A stretch of 63,533 nt of DNA, filler included, from Reticulomyxa filosa (GCA_000512085.1; 21 parts of 21 records of this genome joined end to end with filler, not necessarily neighbours in it); one strand, 5' to 3'; counted from the first letter of the whole stretch, positions 13,872-28,186 are shown. The notes: generated by a model from the sequence alone, not told the origin. Made by a program: numbers and translations.

Positions 13872-15379
13872 CTGGGGTCGGGCTTGTATTTGTTGGATTT
13901 GGTGTTGATATTGAGTTGAATGTATTGATAGTTAGTTTCTTCTTTCATTTTATTGTTTAGTACTTGTTGAGGAAATGAATTTATGTTGATTCAATTTCAG
14001 ATGTCAAAATTTGTTTATATTGATATTATTGTCATGTCTAATGGTACAAATTGTTTTAACTTTTGCCTTTTATTATATTTTTTTATATGGATAACACTTT
14101 GCTGTTGAAAAATAGCTTAATTTATGACGTGTATATACATTCCATACATTCAAATGTGCCACAATGAGAGCATTTAGTTATTGTTGATTTATATCTTGTG
14201 CAAGTTTGATATATTATGTTTTTAGCTTTTTTAAACGATCGACGTATTTCCATGATTCTATATTTTTTTTTAATATGAAGCATAGTGTATATGAAGCAAA
14301 GCATAATGTAATTACCTGATAATGATGTTACTGATTATTGAAAATAATGCCAAGCCAGATGAGTTTTAGGATTTCAACTTTCAAATTTTACCAAAAAATA
14401 TTTTGACATGAAAAAATGATTGTATTTTACAAAAAAAATAGTTACAAAATAAAGAATATTTAAGTGAAACTTTCTTGAATTATAGTTTCGTATTGTGAAC
14501 AATCATACTCTTTATATTATCACTGTATTATTAAGTCCCCAAATGCTGATCTTCATTTATAACTCTTGGTTTCGTGTTGTATAGAAGACCATTAAAAAAA
14601 TCGTTAATGTTTTTTTCATTTTTCGAAACTTTTAAAAAAGTTAACGATTCGTTCTGTATTGAAGTAAAAAACACCGCAAGTTTTATTTTGTTTTTTCTAG
14701 ATATTATTTTTAAAAAAGTTTTGAAAAACGTTATTTTTTCATGATAAAATTGCAAGTGCGTTTTTTTTTGGATCGTAAAAAAAATATGGGAATGACTGGA
14801 CTGACAAAAAAAACAACAGGGAGTAAACTGAATGGAAAAGACCATCGATCTAAAAAGTGGACGTAGATCTGTCGATATGGGATTTGCCATTCGTATGCAT
14901 TGAAACAAAGTGACGTTATTCACGTTTGGTTTGACACAAAACAATCTTTGCACTATGTGAAACGTGGCGTAAAGAAGCAATGAAAGAAAACAAAGTTGTT
15001 CTTTATATTATTCTATCTTATTTTATCACTTTTTTTTAAAAAAAGCCACTTTAAAAAAGTTAGTAGATCACCTTCCATTTGAGGTCGGTAGGTGAAGATA
15101 CAGTGTTGATAAGAGACCAACAACACCAGTTATCCTGCGTCCGCTTTGATCATATATTGCAAAAGGATGACATCACAAACTGCTTTTATTGTGCTTGCAC
15201 AGAGAAATGATTCAACACGATCTTTTGGTCCACTTCGTTTTGTTGTCGTTCATTCTGTTGTTTATTTGCTGTTTTCTCTGTTTCACCTTCATTATCTCCT
15301 TTTGACCATTCAATCAGTCTTGTTTTCGTGTGTGTGTTGGTGGTCTGTGGCTTCATCATTCCTCCAATAATGTGCGCAT

Positions 15380-15712
15380 ATGTTTAAATTAAACAAGTCA
15401 ATATTATTTAGAGTATAAGTTATAAATAACAGATTATTGCTACTTGCACCAACTATCGCACGCATTTCACAATAAATATCTTCACCTTTTCCAATGGAAA
15501 CTATTTTATTGTGACTATTAGTGAATGGGACCAATTGATTGTAATTCGATGTTATTTCTTTATCATTACCCCAAATAGTTCATCACAATCGTCTGCTTAA
15601 ATAATCTATTGAAAGACAATAAAGTGATTTCATTTGGATTGTTATTCGCAAGCTTGACAGCACATTGACTAGTCAATGCAATCTCATTTGGATAAGAACA
15701 CACAAGCTCGAA
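15380..15712 (-). pseudogene. Degenerate Kelch-like propeller fragment
   Basis: CSYPNEIAL...NEITLLSF...YNQLVPFTNSHNKIVSIGK...RAIVGASSNNLLFITY...DLFNLN matches the 11420 paralogue (CEYPSDITL, NQITLLSF, YNQWIPFTD, RAVIGGSNDHLLFITY). Contains stops and shifts. Confidence 0.75.
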
Positions 15713-16225
15713 GAAATTTTCTTGTTTTTTATTGAAAAAAAACATTTAGCTGTTTACTAATTTCTGTTACATTAAGCCATTCTTTTCATTTAAATTTAAA
15801 CAGAATCCCAAATTAGCTTAAGAATCAAAGCAAAAATAAACGACAATTGCAATACAAAATGGAGTATCAAAATATGGTATTCAAAAATTTCAAAGTCTTT
15901 CAGTTTCACTATTTTTGCGCACGCTTTTTCGCGTTTTTCTCATTTGCCAATTCGTAACCTTTTTTTATTGTGTATTTGCTTGCGTTCCTGTTTTTGAAGC
16001 ATTAAGATTTTTTTTCGATACTATCTAAAAAAATTCAGAAGGTAGCCAACTAGATTTTGTTGACATTGTTTTTCTTTAAAAATCTTTCAATTCAAAAATT
16101 TTATCTTTGTCATACTTGTGATTTTNNNNNNNNNNNNNNNNNNNNNNNNNNNNNNNNNNNNNNNNNNNNTTAATTAATTAANNNNNNNNNNNNNNNNNNN
16201 NNNNNNNNNNNNNNNNNNNNNNNNN

Positions 16226-16746
16226 TCACACAAACCCAGGGGGAATTTGATTGTTGTCTTGCTGGCGGATTTGATGCAAGAGTTGCTCGTGCGCGCTCAA
16301 TAGCGTCTTCATTTTCTGCCACTTTTTCACGTAGTTCTCAAGTGTCTCGTTTATCGTTCGGATCAAATGCTCCGGCTTTTCGCCGCTTCGACGGATGTGC
16401 AGGTAGGTCTCGCATCCAACGCAAATGCGCTTCTTCTCGTCCTTTATCTGCTCACGAGCGTGCGAACAGTGACCACAAACCACGTTCCCGCAAGTTCGGC
16501 TATATTGGTTTGTGTCCCAGATCCCATTCAATCTTTGTTCTTTTTTTTTTTTCTCCAAAGGGACTGAAAAATATATGTACATATACATATATATTTATCG
16601 TGGTTTAGTACTACTCACCAGTGGTGACGACGATTCGAAAAAGTAAAAAGTCTACGACAATTGTAACATCTATCTGAGGCTTCGTCAGGCACCCAAGGAA
16701 CTGAACAGGACGTTGGATGGTAATACTCTACCTTCATGCACATCAT
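16226..16746 (-). CDS. FYVE zinc-finger protein, 5' part (exons 16746-16619 and 16499-16226)
   Basis: Splicing out intron 16618-16500 (GTGAGT...AG) gives [38 protein letters not shown]...KRICVGC. All three FYVE PI3P-binding motifs are present (WxxD, RRHHCR, RVC-like). Confidence 0.93.
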
Positions 16747-17564
16747 AAAGACTTTTTCCTCTCTTCACAATTTCCTTTGTTTCGGTAAACAGCTGCAAAG
16801 ACAGCGTAAAAACAAGCAAGTACAAACTGGTCAGACCAGAGATATGAGTATATTGTTCCACGGGATGTGTTTGCTTTAATTATTTGTTTGTAAACTATTC
16901 AATCTATCCAATTGATCGTGATTGTTTTAACCACTTTTTAACACGTTTATCGGTTCTGTCAGTAATTGTTTTTAAGCATATCTCACATTGTGTATGCAAT
17001 GTAAATGTGTTGCAAATGCTTATTTTAATATTCTGTTTTGACAATAAGGCATCTTTGTCATTGCCACTGTTTCAAAAAAATTGCTTTTATATTCATTTCA
17101 AGAAAGTTTAAAAAGTTTTTAAAATTAAAGTTACTACATATATTATTTGTTTATTCGTGAAATAGTGTACTTCTGTCACACTTTTTTTTGAAAAAGATTT
17201 TTACCTATGTCAATGAAAGTTTACAGCAGCCAATTGTTACATTTTGCTTTTTTTCTTGTTTTTCTTTTTTGAGGAACAATATATCGTTGTTTTTCCTTGA
17301 GAAGTCCACAATATTTACCGGACTATGATAACTTAATTTTTTCCACAAAAAGATGCAACATTAAAAAAAATGTGGACTATGATAATTAACAAAACCAATG
17401 CCTTGACACAGCAAAACTCACAACGACCAGCTCACAGAGAGAATTTTTCAAATATATTTTTTAACACACAGATAAAAAACTGAAGTTATGCAACATTTTT
17501 AAAATATCTAAAATGAAAAAGGGTAACGCTTATGGAGAATTTTCGACAAAAACGGTGGTAAGCT

Positions 17565-18465
17565 TTATTTTTGACACGCAGCGATAGTTTCCTTTGAGCA
17601 CGCCTTCAAGTGTTTATCAAGAGTGTGAGAAAGGGTCCGCGACTCAAAAATTATGGGGGGTACACTGGAGGTTTTTGCCGAGCATACATCCGTCAGTGAC
17701 GTATCATCATCGAGTATGACAACCCTTCGCACGTTGCAAGGGCCTTTGTTGGGACCACGACAAACACACGCAAAATAGGGATCAATCTTAGTTTTCGAGG
17801 GCCTTCCAATATAAATAAAGGAGTTTTCGTTGAGTGGAATTTGGTCATTGCTCACCCCCAATTGCTTAAGTATTTCCACCGTCGATGGACCAAGTTCTTG
17901 GATTTCATCATGCAAACACATAATTAACAACCAATCCTCATTGACAGACCTAAATATGTACATATGTCGTACATATATGTATACGTATTATATATATGTA
18001 TATATGTATATATATTTTTTTTTTTTTTTTTTTGCGTGGAATGTGGAATTAACCGACAAAAAAAAAAAAAAAAAAAAAAAACTTGACTTCAAAAAATATG
18101 CAAATTTTTCGTCAATATCAGTATCCGTTGCTTGTAAATTAAATGTGAGCTGTTTGACAACTTTGCCAGTGCCAATGTCCACACAGACACAGCCGATGCC
18201 ACTTCCGGGTAGTCTCTTGTCACAGTTGCCAATCCGAATCCATGAATCGGGGTGTCCGACGTTACCCTTCGTCCAACTTTGGACGTCAATCTCAAGTGCC
18301 ATTCGTCGACGTACTCCTTCGTGGATTAGTTCCTCTTCGAATTGTTGTACCTTCTCTTTCGCCTCAATTAATGTCTTGCATTCTTCGGGATTTTGTGTTA
18401 GCTGCTTATCCAATTGCATCGCCACTTCACAGAATATATTGTTTTCAAATACACACACACACACA
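17565..18465 (-). CDS. 3' part of a protein with an ILEI/PANDER (GG-type) domain
   Basis: Intron 18087-17950 joins GIGCVCVDIGTGKVVKQLTFN...FAYFLK to SVNEDWLLIMCLHDE...ILKQLG...SFIYIG, matching the ILEI/GG-domain pattern by eye. Confidence 0.6.
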
Positions 18466-21400
18466 NNNNNNNNNNNNNNNNNNNNNNNNNNNNNNNNNNN
18501 NNNNNNNNNTTAATTAATTAANNNNNNNNNNNNNNNNNNNNNNNNNNNNNNNNNNNNNNNNNNNNAATTTGGGACGATAGGCCAATATATTGCAAACATA
18601 TTTGTGAAATTCCGGTGAAAAAAACTTGATATTAGGAGTATATTGAATCTATTGCAAGTTTTTTGTGTTTCCCTTAAATAAAGATTTTTTGTCATTTTTT
18701 TTACATCAAGAAAATTCTTCAAATCAAAATGCACAACTTGATAGAAAAACTTACATTGACGGTGCCCCATTTCAAAAGAGATACTTTCAATTTTTCAAGC
18801 AATACTGGTTCAACAGCTTCTGAGGTCGAATTCAATTTATTCTTTTTTTAACAGAAAAAATTTAATTAGGATAAAATGAACCAAAACAATATCACCTTAC
18901 ATAAACAAATAAGATTTGAATAGATTATAATCAAAAGTTGTTGTGAGTAGTTTTATTGCAATTGTATTGCTTACGAGGTGTTTCATTGTTATTTGAATGT
19001 GACTTTACAAAAGTTGACATATTTATTTTTAGCTTTTTTATTGCTTTCAATTAAATAGACATTACATTTTCATTGTATTTTTTATTTTTAGAGCTGATAA
19101 AGCCTTATGCCATATTAGTTTTGATTTACTCTTTTCATTTAAAAAAGAGATAATGCAAAATAATATAATTTGATTATGGGTGTACAATTGTTGATGAATG
19201 TGATGAATTACATTTGAAATAGATATTCAAAGTAACTTATGAATAACTGCGGTGTTTGATTTTTTTTTTTAAACAGTGGAAATTAACTGCAATAAAAGAG
19301 GTGATGACACCTAAATATGCTTGATCTTTTATTCTCTCATCAATCATTTTCACTGCTGGTCAGAAATGGTAATTTTTCCACCAAATCATAATGAAGTTGT
19401 TGTCACTTTTGTTCAGCAAAGGTATAATATGCAACTTTTACAAAGCAAGAATTAACAATTTTTTGCAAGAGAGCAATTTTTTAAATCTATATTTTACCAG
19501 GCTTTTATGTTGACATCTAAAATAACCTCTTAAAGTTGTTTTGCTTGAATAAGAAAGTAAAGATACAATGATGTGTTCACCTAATGTTAAATCATGCATC
19601 CGATCTGCGTCAAGTTTGTTGATTAGTTTTTGTAAAAAGAAGGAGTAATTTATATTTTATTTCAATCAATAAATAATAACGAGTATATCATAATTGTATC
19701 TAAACTATTTAACATTAATAACATCGAATTACAACACAAAAATCTCCTGAAAGACAAATTAAGCAAAGCTGATATATTATTACTTCAACTCTTGCAATGG
19801 TTGATGAAAAAAAGCATTTGTTATTTATTGCTTATTAAAAAAATAATATTAGTGTACATTTTTTTGTTTCAAAGATTTTCTGCAACGTACACTCGTCAAC
19901 AGTGTTAAAAGTTTATCTGCAAACATACAATAACAAAAGCTGTGAATAAACTCTTGAAGTAATAATTCCAGCTCCTTAAAATTACAACGTTTCAAACNNN
20001 NNNNNNNNNNNNNNNNNNNNNNNNNNNNNNNNNNNNNNNNNTTAATTAATTAANNNNNNNNNNNNNNNNNNNNNNNNNNNNNNNNNNNNNNNNNNNNTTG
20101 TTAACTAAAAATTTTTTTTTTTGCAAAATTTAAGTTTTTTTAAAATTTGTACATTGTGAAAGTTATTTTTGACTACTCTTTCCTTTTTTTTATATTTATT
20201 GTTGGTTTTTTACTTTTTTTTGTCTAATCCAAACAAATCAAGTTAATTTAAAAGCATAAGAACTGTTTTTTTTTGTGGTAAGATTATTTTTATTGAAAAT
20301 TACAATTTGGTTAAATCTCTTTTTGCTTTGGACACTGCTTGTAGATATTTAAAAAAAAATTAGGTCTGAATGTTGTTTTTTCATGAAGAAAATCAATCAT
20401 CTATATAAGGTGCCGTTTTATGTGTCAACTTTATTTTGCATTTTACTGTAGTAATAACAAAAATAAAATAAAGCAAAGAAACAAGCCTTGTCTAATAAAA
20501 CTACGGAATATGATGTGTTGATTTGTTTTTGTTTTTATTTTATATTTTGATATTTTTTAAGTTTTTGGAGTTTAATAAAAAATATCATTGTTTTAAATCT
20601 TATCCACAAACGTCTGAAAATAAAGTCAAGTCGTAGTATGATTGCTTGTAATTTACATAACACAAAAAACATAAATGTATTATGAATGGTAGTAAATAAA
20701 TAATAATTTGAGACCACACTACACTAGTAGGCTGAAGAGTTTTTTTCAAGTGTTACAGATATTGTCAAATTGAAAAAAGTTATTACTATGTGACGATTAA
20801 TACAAACAAACATAACACATATCCACACGCAAAGGACAGCCCTGGAAAGTATTTTTAAAAAGAATTTGTTGATCATTGATGTTCATGAGCAATCATCTAA
20901 AACAAAAAAAATAGCTATCTTTTGGAATAATACAAATACAAGAATTGATATACAGTGGTAAAATGCATCCAATAAAAAGGAAATTTTTTTCTATTGTTGT
21001 TAATGCATCATTATTTGAAAAAACTAGCAATGATTTTTATAAAAAAAACTTGGTTCCGATTTTTTGTATTTTGGGAAATTGAAAACTTGCTTTATTTTAT
21101 TGTGTTCAATTATCTAATTCAAATTTTTCAACATTAAAACCAAGGAATTCAACAAGAGTAATAAATAAAGACATAGAAAGCTCTAGTGGTTCCTTTTTGT
21201 TACTGCTTAATGCTTAAGTAAAACGAAAGTAATTATAGTTTAATTTCTAATATAAAATAATAAGCACTGAACAGCAAATAATTTAGGAGATCATTTCAAA
21301 AAGTTTTTGGGGCACATTTAAAAACTAATTATATCGAATGTAGGTCATCTTGTCATCAAAAATAAATTTGAAAACAAAAGTTCATTGTCTTTGTAAACAC

Positions 21401-22989
21401 AAAGCATTATTTTGTTAAAGTTGAAAAAACGATTTAAGCTTTGTTTTAAAATCACAAACGCATCGACTTTGGTAACAATAAACGAAATGTCTCAATAACG
21501 TTGAACAAAAGTCTTAAAATCCTTTTCTAATGTTCAACAAATACAAATTTGAAAAGGCAATAAGTATTAAATACCTACAAGAATTTTCTGTTAGCCACCT
21601 TTTACGTTCAGCGTCTTAAATTATTTATTAAAAGAGCTGAACAAAAAATTTTTAGTTCTTGGAGTGTCTTTCATATATCACAAGGTTAAATTTTTCAATT
21701 ACAATTCCTTTTGCTTTTAAAATTAAAAAAATAAAGTAAACCCTAAGCAAAACTTACACATTGCATTAGGTACTACGCTTGTTGAAATCTAATTTTATTA
21801 TTTAAAGAGATTGAGCTGCACAATTGAAATAATAAACAAAGGATCACTTGATAAATATCAGAAGAAAAGCAAGAACACAAAAATCAACCAAACTGAGATT
21901 CAAAAAACTAATGCAATTATAAAAAAAATGAAAGATTATTTGAGCAAGTTATGTCAATTAATCAAGTTATTTCATTGATTAATTTGTGTTATCATTTAAC
22001 CAAAGGTTTAATTTGTGTTGATCGTATTTTTCCATTTAATTGTATTAAATGTGAATGTTGTTTTAATGATATTTGCTTTTGTAAAAAGGGATAAATACCT
22101 TCAATAAGATAATACAATCTATTTTATCTAATTTTATTCAAAATTCGAATTTGTATTATTTTTATTCAAAATACAGGTTCACACAATTATTCTGTATAAA
22201 AAAGAAGTCCAAAATAAAATTAAATTTATCATAATTCAAAAATTAATTTCAGATTTAGTATTTTGTAAAAAAGTAAAATGACAAATATATGACATAAAGA
22301 GAATTTTCAATTTACAATCAATCCTAAAAAAAGGGATAGAGTTTTATTATGCACATTCATATTTATTGTTCTATTTTTGACAAAATATGGAATTCCTTTT
22401 TTTTTTTTTAAGTATTTCAAACTACAAAACAGAATGGCAAATTAATATCATAAAAAGATTCCACCCCAATCTAGAAAATTATTTGCAAGCGGATGGTCCT
22501 GTTTTCTACTCCAATTTTATCCTTTTCTAACGAAATCCACTCCAGAAAAAAAAACTAGATTAAATTTACTCTTCTGACTATAAATAATTTGCACGTTTTA
22601 TTTTTTTAAAAAAATCAATAGGTTTTATATTTTAATCTTGTTAAAAAAATTGAACAACTATTTTCAAAGGATTTTGTTGAAAACCCTTTGGAAAAAAAAA
22701 CTTGTAATATATGTGCATACTAAGTGTTGGACAAGTTGTTTTTAAAAAACTTTTATCATCACTGAAAAAGAAATACATGTATTATTAAAATCCTTTTTTC
22801 ATGTCGACAAAAACGTTTTTGAAAACCCCTTTCATTGCTCTCGAAAGGAAAAAAGTTCAATATCTTCCAGTTTACATTATCAANNNNNNNNNNNNNNNNN
22901 NNNNNNNNNNNNNNNNNNNNNNNNNNNTTAATTAATTAANNNNNNNNNNNNNNNNNNNNNNNNNNNNNNNNNNNNNNNNNNNNTACTGT

Positions 22990-23345
22990 AGTGTATTTGA
23001 TATAAACTTTCTCTATATGGTAAATATATTGTATCATCTTCAGCTGATGAAACACTACGTATGTGTGATGTAAATGACAAAAAAAAATTCAAAAATTGTT
23101 ATGTTATTCAAATGTTGTATTGGATATGCCATGGAATATATCATCAAGAAGAATTCAAATTAAATTTTGATGATGTAGACTGTAACAGTGCTGACCTATT
23201 TTCGAGATTGTTAAACATTAATATCTTGGTCAGACGATTATACAGTGTCTGTGTGATGTAAATTAGGAAATAAAAGGTTAATATGTATGCAAATAATATG
23301 GATGTTTCATCCACTGGCAAAACAATTGCACCGTTTGGGGCTGTT
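22990..23345 (+). pseudogene. Heavily decayed WD40 remnant
   Basis: FSLYGKYIVSSSADETLRMCDV and MDVSSTGKTIA resemble WD40 blades; interrupted. Confidence 0.5.
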
Positions 23346-25055
23346 TGATTCAGATTTGGTGATGATAAGATTGGTACAAGCAAGCAAAATAAGACCAAAA
23401 AGTAATAAATTTGAACCAACAAGCGAATAGCGTTAATAATTGCTTTGGTGACTAATTTTCCTTTTTGATATTTGCATATTCCGAATATCTGCTCTTTCGA
23501 GAGTACAAAAAAGAAAGGCTTACTATGATTTCTTTTCAATTTATCTTCTATTGGTATTGACCTTTCATTTTTTTAATTTTTTTTTACGTTCACCTGTTTT
23601 AAAAAAGGTTTTTAACGTTACTTAAAAATTAAATGCAAATCCAAAAGTATTATAATTGATTTCATTTGTTGAGAATAATCAAAAGATTTTAGTGTTGCTG
23701 CAAAGACTGGCAGATGAGAAAGTAGAAGATAATTTGTATGTGCTGCAAAAAAGACTCAAGAAAAACATTATGAAAAAGAGAAGATCGAAACGACGATGGA
23801 AAGCCATTGAAGCCAAAAAGTCATTCGGCTTTAATAAGAAACAAGAACGCAGAACCATGAATATTCAAAAACGTATTCATTCTGTCAAGGAAAGAAGAAC
23901 TGGCAAACTATTGCCTACTGAAAAACTTGTTGAATTAGCTGATGTGTGATCAAAAATGAAAATGATTTTACTTGTCTATTTTTNNNNNNNNNNNNNNNNN
24001 NNNNNNNNNNNNNNNNNNNNNNNNNNNTTAATTAATTAANNNNNNNNNNNNNNNNNNNNNNNNNNNNNNNNNNNNNNNNNNNNTACAACAAAAAATATGG
24101 AAGTATTTTTAATTTGTCCAATATTGATCTGCCTCCTGAGCTTAGAGCTGCTGAGCTGCCCCCTGTCAAGCAATAGCTTTCAGCAAAAGGGGCTTGCTTG
24201 TGTTTTTATGTGTGCTTAGTTTGTTTAATAAATTTTTTTTTTTCATCATCTATTTTTGTTTTTTAGTCATGCTTAGCTATTTTTTGTTTTTTGTTTTCAA
24301 AAATCCTATTGTATCCATGGGGATAAAGCATATCATAGTATTTTTTCAAAGCTTCCTCATAGTTTTATGGTTGGAGAAAATGGCATGACAATATTTTGGT
24401 TTTCAATTTAAAATTGTTTGATTCAATAATTGAATAAAACTGGTTAACCATATTATGTAATAATGTTCATATTTGAAAATAGAAACTTCAAGAAAATGAG
24501 ATGTTCTGTGTGGTTATTACGATTTTGTATTACGCATAGAAATTTAAAATAATCACATTACAAAAAAATATCACTATTGTTTTATCGAAAGCAGTTTTCT
24601 TCGAGTAGAAAACTTTTGATTCATTTAGTGCAGCCGACGTCCCACAATTTGTTCGATAATAATTTTGCCTTCAGACTTTGTATTCGTTCACGCAGCGAAT
24701 AATAATTGAGTTAAAAGTGGGTTGATTTTCTTTTTTTGCTTGAATGCTTTTTAGGTCTGATCTTTCTTATTTTTGTTGGATCTTTTAGCTATGGAAATTA
24801 ACACGAAATAAATTTTCGATAATATCACAAGCTATTAATCCCTACACAACATTGAAAAGAAAAAAAAAAAAACATTACAACTAAAGATTGAAACAAAAAC
24901 TTGGAACATTGACAAACACAATTGAAGTCTGACCTTCCCGGTCACTTGTTTTCAAAAAAGAAAAAACATTATTCTAAAATAGCATCTGCTTTAGAGTTAT
25001 TCGTATCGTTTGCAGATTTGCTGTCTTCACATTTCTCGCTCATCGGTTTCGATAT

Positions 25056-25400
25056 CTCATTCTCCTCCAGTCACAAATTGTGCTGCTTTACTTTCATAGC
25101 TTATCCACTGTCTATTTGAGTGTTCCATCTTTTATGCTCAAAAAAAAAAATATGCACTATATGTATATGCATACAAATACATGTGATCACTATGATGCAA
25201 TTATTGTGTAATACAACAAACCTGATTTCCAAAAGACCAATCGCACCGATTCCAACAGCCGCACTGATTACAATTACAGGTAAGATTTTTTTGTGAGGAT
25301 CTTCTTTGTAGGGATCCTCTGAGCTCTCCTCTGAGCTCTCCTCTGAGCCCTCCTCTGGAATAGAACACAGTAATCTTTTTTTTACGCACCCCCCCAGAAA
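25056..25400 (-). CDS. Small spliced single-pass membrane protein (tentative)
   Basis: Acidic repeat EEGSEESSEESSED, then hydrophobic ILPVIVISAAVGIGAIGLL, then a probable intron and a short tail. The start is unresolved. Confidence 0.35.
25316..25357. repeat. 12-nt tandem repeat (CCTCTGAGCTCT-like, about 3.5 units)
   Basis: cctctgagctct cctctgagctct cctctgagccct cctctg; encodes EESS repeats on the minus strand. Confidence 0.8.
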
Positions 25401-26075
25401 AGTTCCATCACAACGAACAAATAAATAACAGAAAGGCAAATGTCGCTCAATGCTCAGTCAAGTCTCCTCTCCCAAAGGTACCTTTTCTGTGCCAATGGCA
25501 AAGTTTTCCTTGCAAATCGATTTGGAAGGAATGTCAAGTGATTATGGCTAACCGTTGTGATTGATAGCTTCATATGCATTGATCTATGCTACATCAAAAA
25601 AAAACAAAACGTGATTCACAACAACGAGCTCTTTCAAAAGAACAGAAGGACAGAAAAAATCGAACATTGCAACAAAGTAATCTCCAGGACATTCTTTTCA
25701 CAATTTTAACGAATGCTGGAATATAATTTTTTTAGAAGAAAATGAAATTGGTCAATGATAATATTTAAAGTTCGTCAGAAAAATTTTTCTCAAATCTAAG
25801 TAAGATATGCCATCAGCTAAAATAAAACACCATCTGTTTACATGCGAAACAGTTCTAAAAAATTTAAATACAAGCAGGAAATGGTAGTTTAATACTAGTT
25901 AGAGAAAATAATCATTTTCTTGCTTTACTTCTCTTCCTAACTTCCTTAATTTTTTGTGTTTTGTTTCTTCATTTATTTCATTGGTATTGGTTATTCCAAA
26001 TTTTTTGATTTGAATAAATAAATTATTTAAATATAACGATGAAAGATTTTGTTGTTATTTTGCATTAAAAAAAAT

Positions 26076-28186
26076 TTATTCTTCATGCATAGTTGTCTCA
26101 TTTTGCAAACACAATTCTTTGAGTTTAGGTAAAATTTGGTGGGCATGTTCAATACCAAGAATTTTTCTGATCTGATCAATTAAAGAGTCAATTTTCGGAA
26201 AGATTAGCTCGTATTCGGAGCACTTTTCTTTTATTGTACGAACAGTTGCAGTCATGTCGTTTTCGTCACAATTCAATAGTTCGCATACTTCCATTATCCA
26301 GTTATTCCATTTTATGAGCAAGTCACTCGAGTTGTCTTTCAATTCACTGTTGAAAACATGATTAAGTTGAAGAGTTGTCAGTTTTGAACCGCCACAGTTT
26401 TTTGGCGTGCCCTTGCTGTCCACAACTTCTTGTAATACCCTTAAGCATCCATTTACTGGAGTACTTTTTGGCATTCCTAAAATGTCACGGACACTTGTGA
26501 GAAAATTTCTATTTTCGTTTAGTTCGACATAAATCTGATTCATTGTAGGAAGGACCCCCTCAATACTTTTTACATTAAAAATGTGCTGAAAATGTTTTAA
26601 TATTCGATAACACAAAGAATTTGGTTCATCCTGTTTGTTTCACCACAAATGCAATAATAGTATTCAATCTATGGATAGGTGGGAATATCTTTAAATAAAA
26701 CATAGTAACTGTTTGTCCAGCTGCAAATATAGTTTTGACATATTCTTCATTTTTTATTAGCTCTCGTATTTGTCTAACCATGTCAGCCATTGCATTGGCT
26801 TTAGATTTTTTATTTTCTGCCCATTTGTTGCTACCGACAGCAAACAAATGATTTTTTCCGTTGTGTCCCGGAACGTCCGGGTGTGTGACAACCCGATTTC
26901 GTAATGCATCAAGAATGCTTTGACAAAAGCAATTCAATTCTTCAATATCATCTAATTGAGTGTGCCACTGTTGCAGTGTCGGAATGACTTGGTCAAACAC
27001 AGATTTAGGGTTTTTTGACTGGGCGTAAAGCACGTCAGGTGCGTGATTGCTTTGAATAAGTAATTGTACAATGCGATGAATAAATTTTTCTAAAATGGTA
27101 ACTGATTCTGCAATTTTAAGCAGCTCTCGGATTTTGTCAACTATCATACTTGCATCAGTGATAAGTAGCAGGTTGCAAATACTTGTCATCACTTCACGCA
27201 ACATCGACACTGAGAGGTCATTGCTAAGACTTGGTTGAAAAGAATTTTTGGTGCTGGCATACTTTCGAACTTCGGTCACTAGTTTCGTTTGTTGCCAATT
27301 TTTGTCACTCCGCTTGCGCAGTTCTTGCGGACTTGAAAACGCTTTCGTGATTGGTTTCTCATCGATACTTTGATAGAAGAACAGGTCATTGTTGAGATTT
27401 GCACAAATGCTGTTACTTGCACTTCCATTATTTTCGCTTTTGTATTGTGTCGAAACTTGCTTTTGATTTTGACTTTGTTGTTGACTGACTAATGATTTGA
27501 TTGTATTTTTCAATGACAATATTTCCGATTGCATTTGACTCCGTTCGCTTTGGAACATTGCCATCAATGTTCCGATTGACTGACTCTTTTCTTTATCCAC
27601 ATTCGTCTCCTCCCCGATTTTCTCATTCTGTTTTGTTTTTTCCCACATCGTGCCAAATAGAGTTTTCTTTCTTTTTAACACTTTTTTTTTTTTTTTACAC
27701 TTTGAAAAAAAAAAAAAAGAAAGGATTAGCCAATCAACTATTAAAAAAAAAATATATATATTGTTGTATACGTTTTACAAAACTTCTTTTTCCTTTTTTC
27801 CAAGATTAGAACTACTATCATCTTGTTTTACTTGCATTTGCTGCCCATCTTTCTTGTCAATACTTTGCTCACGCAATTCCAGCAACTCTTCCTCTAAGCT
27901 TCTCGCTCTGTGTAAATGTATTTTTTGGTAAACTTTTTCTTATTTATTTATTTTTTTTTTTGCAATGTGCCATCAACTTGCACAAAAAAAAAAAAAAAAA
28001 AAGTGCAAGATGCACAACCTACTTTAATTGTGCAGCACACAATTGTTGTTTGACCAGAAGTACTTTATTTTGTTCTTCTTGGTATTTCCGTTTCCACAGC
28101 TCCATGGCTACGTGGTAATCCTTGGCTTGTCTTTGAAGGTTCTCATAAGTCGTTAACACTTTTGTCATTGTCTGTTGTGTATCATC

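Noticed and set aside
15062-15145. Short imperfect hairpins suggesting a structured ncRNA
   Set aside because: The stems are short and imperfect, with no tRNA cloverleaf or snoRNA/snRNA boxes. It cannot be supported without an Infernal/Rfam search.
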